Source of the DNA: Candidatus Woesearchaeota archaeon
GTDB lineage: Archaea > Nanobdellota > Nanobdellia > Woesearchaeales > GW2011-AR9
Reading direction: 5' to 3'
DNA: 64,000 nucleotides
Assembly (NCBI GenBank): GCA_018696595.1
Contig: JABHQW010000001.1
Location: 1 to 64,000, forward strand
The translations under genes and the position numbers were made by a program. Below, in pieces: positions 57,796 to 64,000 of the stretch. Position 1 is the first letter of the stretch. Every line of letters begins with the position of its first letter. The notes under the pieces are model-generated. The model worked only from the letters and a program-made list of their open reading frames with translations. It was not told the DNA's origin and did no database searches.

Positions 57796-58725
57796 ATGTT
57801 CCCAAAACTACCATCAGACACAATCTTAGCACCAATGGCTGGCGTTACAGATGTAGCTTTTAGACTCTTGTGTAAAAAGTACGGCGCTGGATTAACAGTA
57901 ACGGAAATGATTTCTGCGAATGCTTTAGCTAGAAATAACCAAGCTACAATAAGGATGATTGATGTAGTTGAGGAAGAGAAACCAAGAGTAATTCAACTAT
58001 TTGGCCAGAATGTAGAGAGTTTAGTAACAGCAGCAAAATATTGTGAAGATAAATGTGAAGTTTTAGATTTAAACTTTGGTTGCCCTGCTGCCAAGATTAT
58101 CAGACAGGGATCAGGATCAGCATTATTACAACGACCTAACAGACTTAAAGAGATTGTAGAGGCAGTTGTAAAAGCCGTTAAAATCCCCGTAACTGTTAAA
58201 GTTCGATTAGGCATAAGAAAAACAAACATCAATGTAGTAAAGATTGCTAAATTATGCGAGGAAGCTGGCGCTAGTTTAATTGCTATTCATGCCCGAACAC
58301 AAAAGCAAGGTTACACGGGTAAAGCAGATTGGGCTTGGATCAAAGAAGTAAAAGAATCTGTTTCTATTCCCGTTGCGGGAAATGGAGATGTTAGAACAGT
58401 TGAAGATTATTTAAAAATGAAAGAAGAAACAGGTTGTGATTATGTAATGATTGGTAGAGGAATCATGGGTAACCCCTACTTGTTTAAACAAATTGAAGAT
58501 TATAATAAAACAGGAAAATATTCTGAACGAGATAAGAAACAACAACTGGAAGATTTCTTTGAATATCTTAAATTAGCAGAGAGATATCAAATAAATATAT
58601 TGCATATTAAATTTCATGCTCAAGCTTTTACAAAAGGCATGAAAGGCGCTTCTCAGATTCGTAATTTGTTGGGCAGAGCTAAAACATCTGCTGAAATCAA
58701 AAAGATAATGCTCACAGTACAATAA
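57796..58725 (+). CDS. dusB: tRNA-dihydrouridine synthase (DusB-like)
   Basis: [30 protein letters not shown]. Confidence 0.93.
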   Translation: MFPKLPSDTILAPMAGVTDVAFRLLCKKYGAGLTVTEMISANALARNNQATIRMIDVVEEEKPRVIQLFGQNVESLVTAAKYCEDKCEVLDLNFGCPAAKIIRQGSGSALLQRPNRLKEIVEAVVKAVKIPVTVKVRLGIRKTNINVVKIAKLCEEAGASLIAIHARTQKQGYTGKADWAWIKEVKESVSIPVAGNGDVRTVEDYLKMKEETGCDYVMIGRGIMGNPYLFKQIEDYNKTGKYSERDKKQQLEDFFEYLKLAERYQINILHIKFHAQAFTKGMKGASQIRNLLGRAKTSAEIKKIMLTVQ

Positions 58726-58826
58726 TATTTTTATACTTCTCCCAGATCCCATTTGCAAACAACATTTTAAAATTAAACGATATTACAATACAATAATGAT
58801 TATAAATAAAGAAAATATTCTTCCAA

Positions 58827-59543
58827 GTGTCTCCAACAGATAGACCTATTTTCTTTGAATTTCCTAATTCCCCAATTAGAGGCATCCCACTCATTTCTGA
58901 ATCAAGAGAATATCTAAACTTAGGATTTATGGAAGTGGGATGTAAACCTACAAGAAAAAGAACCCAATTAAGAGATAAGAAAGAATTATTTTACAAATGG
59001 TGGGGAGACCAATATAAGAATCAACACGGAATTGAATGGACCCCAACAGTTTACCGAATCTTAGCACATTATTGTCCGGAGATACAACCGCGACTTTATG
59101 CTAGAAAAACAGAATTAGATGTAGTAGTCTTGTATACTGAAATTAGTCCAGAAATGTTAGGGGGATTAAATGAGTATGACAAAGAACAGATTTATCGAGT
59201 TGTTAAGAATAATCAAAGAAGAAGAGATTTATTAGAAGAAATAATTGAAACAAAAGATGCAGAAAGTTTACATAAATTAATTGTTGAAGGTGGAAGAATA
59301 CCCCAGGTGGAAATGTTAAGAGGAAAAATGGCAGAAATTTTAGCTCAGAAAGATATTGAAGAAAATTTACCGTTTGGCATGAATTTCTTTCGTAATAGTT
59401 CCATCAATTATTTTAATCGAAGATATAGAAATGGAACTGAAATTGATGGTGTTTTAACTTTTTATGGAGAAGAGACATTTATGGAATTAGTAGAAAGATT
59501 TGGAACTATCGATCATTTAACAATTAAAGATAGATGGAACTAG
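58827..59543 (+). CDS. Hypothetical protein
   Basis: 238-aa ORF, GTG start. Confidence 0.6.
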   Translation: MSPTDRPIFFEFPNSPIRGIPLISESREYLNLGFMEVGCKPTRKRTQLRDKKELFYKWWGDQYKNQHGIEWTPTVYRILAHYCPEIQPRLYARKTELDVVVLYTEISPEMLGGLNEYDKEQIYRVVKNNQRRRDLLEEIIETKDAESLHKLIVEGGRIPQVEMLRGKMAEILAQKDIEENLPFGMNFFRNSSINYFNRRYRNGTEIDGVLTFYGEETFMELVERFGTIDHLTIKDRWN

Positions 59544-59569
59544 TAAATGAATAAATAAAATTAAAAAAA

Positions 59570-59905
59570 TTATTTCTTTTTCAATCTTTTCTTAACGGCC
59601 TTCTTAATACTCTTACGGCCCTGTTTCAATCTACTTTTAACAACTCTCTTAACTTTTCCTAAATCGCCTTTCTTAATAACCCCAGAGTTATGTAAAGCAC
59701 CTTCAAATTGTCTTTTAGCTGTACCTAAAACAACTTTTGCAGTTTTCTCAGAAGTACTAACTAACTCTCGAGCCAATTTTAAACTCTCTTTTTCAGTAAG
59801 ACCTAAATCTTTCTTAACTTTTGCAGCAACTTTTTTTCCTTCAGCCAAAGTTAATAATCCTAATCCATAACCTGTTTTAATTGCTTTCTTAACAACATCT
59901 TCCAT
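59570..59905 (-). CDS. Small basic phasin-like/helical protein
   Basis: IKTGYGLGLLT..EGKK pattern; start reassigned to ATG 59905 next to the AarF stop. Confidence 0.55.
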   Translation of the reverse strand: MEDVVKKAIKTGYGLGLLTLAEGKKVAAKVKKDLGLTEKESLKLARELVSTSEKTAKVVLGTAKRQFEGALHNSGVIKKGDLGKVKRVVKSRLKQGRKSIKKAVKKRLKKK

Positions 59906-59906
59906 C

Positions 59907-61577
59907 TTAATCAACCCCCCTATTCTTCCTATGTGAAAAAATAAAGTATAAAAATAGTAATCCAGTAACACTTATTAATATTACGCTTAAAGGAAAACCA
60001 AACAAAGTGGTATGTCCCTCAATGTATAATAAGAAAATAGAAGCTAAGAACAAAACTAAAAAAGCAAAACCCACACTTCTTTTGTGTTGTTGATCTACTA
60101 GTTCATGTTCAATTTCTTCTAACTTTTGAGTATCTAATTGTTGCGGTTTATCTTCTTGTTCTAATTTACGAATAATTCTTACAATATGATCTGGCAACTC
60201 TAATAATAAATCTTTATTTTTCCAAAATGTATCTTTTACTTTATTAATAATCTTTCCAGCAGAATATTGTTCTTTAAGAAACTTATCTGTAAATATCTTG
60301 AACCCTTCTGCAACTTTAAAACTTGGATCTAGTTGATAACCTAATCCTTCTGCTTGATAAACTGCTTTCGCCAACATCACATGATTCGCATCAAAAATAA
60401 CTCCATATTTAGCACCTTCAGAAATAATTTCATATAAAGCATGACCAAAACTAACTTCACCAATAGAATGAAAATAAACATCTTCCATAACCTGAATACA
60501 TTTTTCTCTAAATTCTGAAATGTCATTCGTTTTTACTTCCCGTGCCAAAGAAAGAATAATGTTAAAACTTTTAATTGGATCTTTATCAGGAATAGTAGAA
60601 ATAAATTTAACTACTTTTTTCATGTCTTGAGGCCTAACTTCGCCCATAATTCCAAAATCAATATAAATCATTCTCCCATTCTTTTTAACAAGAATATTTC
60701 CTGGATGCGGATCAGCATGGAAGAAACCATAAAGTAAAGCTTGTTCTAGAACAGAATTAAAATAAGTGAGAGCTAAATTTCTACGATTAATATGTGCTTT
60801 CTTTAAGAATTTATAATCATCAATTCTCACTCCGGAAACAAAATCCATTATTAATACTTTTTTTGAGGACAAATCAGAATAAACTTTAGGAACATCAACT
60901 TTAGAATCAGTTTTTAACTCTTCTTTTAAACGAATAGCATTTCTTGCCTCAATCTCAAAATCAATTTCTCTTCTTGTCCAAAGAGCAAACTCTTTAACCA
61001 CGTCTAGTGGCCGATAGTTCCTTAACTTTGGAAAATGTTTTTCTAATTCTTTAGCAATGAAGAATAAGATGTCTAAATCAGCATCAATAGTCTCTTTAAT
61101 ATTCGGACGCTGAACTTTTACCGCAATTACTTTGCCGTTCTTTAGAACTGCTTTATGTACTTGAGCAATAGAAGCAGAAGCTATTGGTTTTTTGTCAAAA
61201 CTTTTAAAGATTTTATCAATTGGTTTCTTTAATTCTTCTTCAACTATTTTTTTTGATCCTGAATAAGAGAAAGGTTGCACTTCATCTTGTAATTTTTCAA
61301 ACTCTTTAGAAAATTCTTTAGGAACTAAATCTGGACGTAATGAAAGTAATTGTCCTAGTTTAACAAATGTTGGACCTAACCTTTCAAACGCTCTTCTTAA
61401 CTTATACGCTTGTACTTCTTTATTATTAATGTGTTTGTGTACTAGAAAACGTTTCATGAACGGCAAATGTCTTTTGAACTTTGTTTTTGCTAAGTAATAA
61501 CCTAGACCTTCTTCAAAAAAAACTAAGAGAATCTCCTTAAACCTACGAATATCTTTAATATCTTTTTTTAAGTTCAA
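59907..61577 (-). CDS. AarF/ABC1/UbiB-family kinase with C-terminal TM helices
   Basis: LGPTFVKLGQ, ASASIAQVH, VKVQRP, FHADPHPGN, IDFG. Confidence 0.95.
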   Translation of the reverse strand: MNLKKDIKDIRRFKEILLVFFEEGLGYYLAKTKFKRHLPFMKRFLVHKHINNKEVQAYKLRRAFERLGPTFVKLGQLLSLRPDLVPKEFSKEFEKLQDEVQPFSYSGSKKIVEEELKKPIDKIFKSFDKKPIASASIAQVHKAVLKNGKVIAVKVQRPNIKETIDADLDILFFIAKELEKHFPKLRNYRPLDVVKEFALWTRREIDFEIEARNAIRLKEELKTDSKVDVPKVYSDLSSKKVLIMDFVSGVRIDDYKFLKKAHINRRNLALTYFNSVLEQALLYGFFHADPHPGNILVKKNGRMIYIDFGIMGEVRPQDMKKVVKFISTIPDKDPIKSFNIILSLAREVKTNDISEFREKCIQVMEDVYFHSIGEVSFGHALYEIISEGAKYGVIFDANHVMLAKAVYQAEGLGYQLDPSFKVAEGFKIFTDKFLKEQYSAGKIINKVKDTFWKNKDLLLELPDHIVRIIRKLEQEDKPQQLDTQKLEEIEHELVDQQHKRSVGFAFLVLFLASIFLLYIEGHTTLFGFPLSVILISVTGLLFLYFIFSHRKNRGVD

Positions 61578-61647
61578 TTAAGTATACCTCTTTTTAACTA
61601 AATAAAGAATAATAAGTATATAAGCGTTTTGTTAATTGTAAAAGCCC

Positions 61648-62373
61648 TTATGATTCTTTATTCAGAAAGTAATCTAAAGAAGCACTATTAACATTCTTCA
61701 TAGAAAATAAAACTCTAACACCAGTTTTTGCAGCTTCTGAATTGTAAAAATCTTTAACAACTTGATAAGCAGCAGAGTCAGAGAATTCAAAACGATCTCT
61801 TAATCCATCCCAACTAAAATGTGGCATTTCACAACCAACAGATTTACCTTGATCGATAGCCAAAAAATGAAACAGTGGATCTAATTCAGCAGAGATTACA
61901 GAAACTATACCTTTTGTTCCTTCTTGTTGATTACGTTCTTCAACTTTTTCTTTTAATTCAAAAAGAAACTCAAGATAATCATGCGGATGAGGATTATTTC
62001 CTTCATAATGAGATAAAGCAACAGGACCAAAAAGTAAACGATAAGCAAAATCAGGGTTTCTATCAAAAGAATCTTCAAGTGTTTTTTTTAACGAATCATT
62101 TTCTGAATAAACAAAACCACTAACTTGACCATTTACATGAATAATTTCCTGTTCCGCAGTCCTAAATAACTGAGCAACAAATGGTTTGTATTCCACCATA
62201 GAAATATTTTTGATTAAAGATAATGAATCAACTTTAAGATCTCTTAATTTTTCGTAGACTTCATACCATTTAGGAAAGTCTGCTTTTAAGAGAGGTTCAA
62301 ATAACTCTTGAAGTTCTGCATTTTCAAATAAAATAGATTGTAGCATTGTCATCTTAAGAATAAAATTCAACAA
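61648..62373 (-). CDS. Hypothetical protein
   Basis: 241-aa ORF. Confidence 0.65.
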   Translation of the reverse strand: MLNFILKMTMLQSILFENAELQELFEPLLKADFPKWYEVYEKLRDLKVDSLSLIKNISMVEYKPFVAQLFRTAEQEIIHVNGQVSGFVYSENDSLKKTLEDSFDRNPDFAYRLLFGPVALSHYEGNNPHPHDYLEFLFELKEKVEERNQQEGTKGIVSVISAELDPLFHFLAIDQGKSVGCEMPHFSWDGLRDRFEFSDSAAYQVVKDFYNSEAAKTGVRVLFSMKNVNSASLDYFLNKES

Positions 62374-62378
62374 ATAAC

Positions 62379-62567
62379 CTAACTTTCCATTCTTTTAAGT
62401 CTAGTCATGTAACCAGAAATAACATTCTTCATCTTCTTACTAGTAAGCTTAGTATACTTTGCAGTAGTTTCTTTGTTCTTAGAGAACTCTGTAGTAAACT
62501 TGTCCCCATGTAACTTTAATAGCTCTTTAGTTTTTCGCTTGATAAATGTAGTCTTAATTCTTCCCAT
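62379..62567 (-). CDS. rps17e: 30S ribosomal protein S17e
   Basis: MGRIKT..IKR, KN.ISGYMT. Confidence 0.95.
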   Translation of the reverse strand: MGRIKTTFIKRKTKELLKLHGDKFTTEFSKNKETTAKYTKLTSKKMKNVISGYMTRLKRMES

Positions 62568-62685
62568 TTTAAGTTCTATTATTCTATTTGTTTTATAAAC
62601 TTTTCCTTTAATTTAATTAGAGAGATACCACTCCCCAGTATACCTTTTAGTAACATTTATATATTAAGCTACCTTTCCTATTTAG

Positions 62686-63081
62686 ATGGTTATTCTCTTC
62701 GACCAATTCAATCTGCCAGAGGACATTTACAAGATCATCTTTGCTACAGAACAGCAGGAGATAGTTGGTAAGATGTTAATTAAGTATATGTGGGATAACG
62801 GCGGAGAGATTGGTAAAACTGAGATGAGTCTATTTGCCACTGCCTTACATGAAGGTAAAGCTGTTGTTAAAGAGAAAGGTAAATCGCCGATTGGAAAAGA
62901 AACTCGTCTTTCATATAATAAAAGACAATTCTATGATCGAATTCTAACACCAATGCGCGGAATGGGTTTAATTGATTATGATTTGTATAAGAAGACTTAC
63001 AAAGTTTCTGACAAGTTTAACAAGTTAATGATTAAGATTGGTTTAACTTGGTTAAGAGAGTTAGATAAGCATAAGAAATAG
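62686..63081 (+). CDS. Hypothetical winged-helix-like protein
   Basis: FYDRILTPMRGMGLIDY pattern. Confidence 0.65.
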   Translation: MVILFDQFNLPEDIYKIIFATEQQEIVGKMLIKYMWDNGGEIGKTEMSLFATALHEGKAVVKEKGKSPIGKETRLSYNKRQFYDRILTPMRGMGLIDYDLYKKTYKVSDKFNKLMIKIGLTWLRELDKHKK

Positions 63082-63172
63082 TTTTAAGTTCTAGATTTTT
63101 ATTTCTGTTTAATATTAATTTAAGAAAATGTTTAATTCTTGTTTATTAGAAAAAAGAAAAAAAAGAAAAAAA

Positions 63173-63889
63173 TTAATTAACGCCAAAAGTTTCATATGCG
63201 AATCCAGAAAATTCACAATTTTTAACGGTAGGGTTATTCCCATCAAAATTAATTCCTGTTCCAGAATTCATATTCCCAGTTATAGTATGTCCTTGACAAT
63301 CAAAAACAACATCATCACCATTGATATCTAAACAAACAGGAACCGGAAGTCCAGGTTGTGACGCAATATTAATCTGACAAGTGATATCTTCTCCAAGAAC
63401 AATATTTTTCTCCCCAGTAATTACCAACCCTGGATGTGAATCTGAGATCATACTATTATCCAAAACTAAAGGTCCTTCTTCAACTTGATAAATAGTACCT
63501 TCTAAAGCTTTATCATAACAAACATTGTAACAAACGCTGAATTCAGATTTCAATTGTTTATAACTAAACCACAAATTAGTAGCAACTCTTTTTCCTTTCA
63601 TTAATTGTTGAACCTTTCGTAGCTCATTTCTTATTGCAGAACAATCTTGTTTATAACAATCATAAAACTCAGATTTACAAGCAGAATCTAATTTACAAAT
63701 TTTCTTTTCTGCAGTTGTTGCTTCTCCAGCTAAAGCACTATCTTCACTATCTTCAGGAACTGCTACTGCTTCTATTGCATCTAAGGCCGCTTCTGCTTCA
63801 TCAACTTCTACTTCTTCAACTGCACAACTTACTAAAAATATGGCCAATACCATTAGAGCAATAACCATCAACTTCATAACTTTTTTCAT
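63173..63889 (-). CDS. Putative lipoprotein with acidic linker, Cys pairs and a short beta-helix-like C-terminus
   Basis: LVSC lipobox; CLDING.DV.FDCQGHTI.G; TVKNCEFSGF. Confidence 0.65.
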   Translation of the reverse strand: MKKVMKLMVIALMVLAIFLVSCAVEEVEVDEAEAALDAIEAVAVPEDSEDSALAGEATTAEKKICKLDSACKSEFYDCYKQDCSAIRNELRKVQQLMKGKRVATNLWFSYKQLKSEFSVCYNVCYDKALEGTIYQVEEGPLVLDNSMISDSHPGLVITGEKNIVLGEDITCQINIASQPGLPVPVCLDINGDDVVFDCQGHTITGNMNSGTGINFDGNNPTVKNCEFSGFAYETFGVN

Positions 63890-64000
63890 TTCACATCACC
63901 TTTTTTATTTCTAATCAACTTGATTATAGAGGAAGTAAGAAGTTGTCATTTATAAAACTTATTATATTAGAGAAGGGGAAAAAGAAAAAAAATTAAAAAG

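Overview
AT-rich archaeal chromosome segment. The gene set (class I LysRS, aCPSF1, proteasome beta, EF-1a/EF-2, aIF2-gamma, L7Ae/S28e/L24e/S17e, intron-containing tRNAs, many short orphan ORFs) suggests a DPANN archaeon, probably Woesearchaeota-like (inference). Housekeeping blocks (0.3-7 kb, 28.7-31.5 kb, 33-63 kb) alternate with accessory blocks (7.2-12 kb, 15-28.7 kb, 31.9-33.4 kb). No rRNA, CRISPR, integrase or transposase was recognised. Most notable signals: (1) all three tRNA genes (Arg-TCG, Thr-TGT, Ser-TGA) carry a T-loop intron in addition to the anticodon-loop intron; the Arg and Ser T-loop introns are near-identical and Arg has a third, D-loop intron. (2) Two intergenic structured elements (22.7 kb and 31.5 kb) share a conserved core with different closing helices, a candidate new ncRNA family. 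(3) A 5-kb block of small genes, bounded by a 13-bp direct repeat, holds all six copies of a CTCGCTA motif, mostly as hairpin + CTCGCTA(A/G)AGG fused to the ribosome-binding site. (4) A stand-alone ArgRS-catalytic-domain-like gene is coupled to an Asp/Glu racemase and argS. (5) The rpl7ae 5' leader hairpin is duplicated 16 kb away. (6) A Pycsar-type membrane effector has no cyclase nearby. All family calls come from motif recognition by eye; no searches were run.
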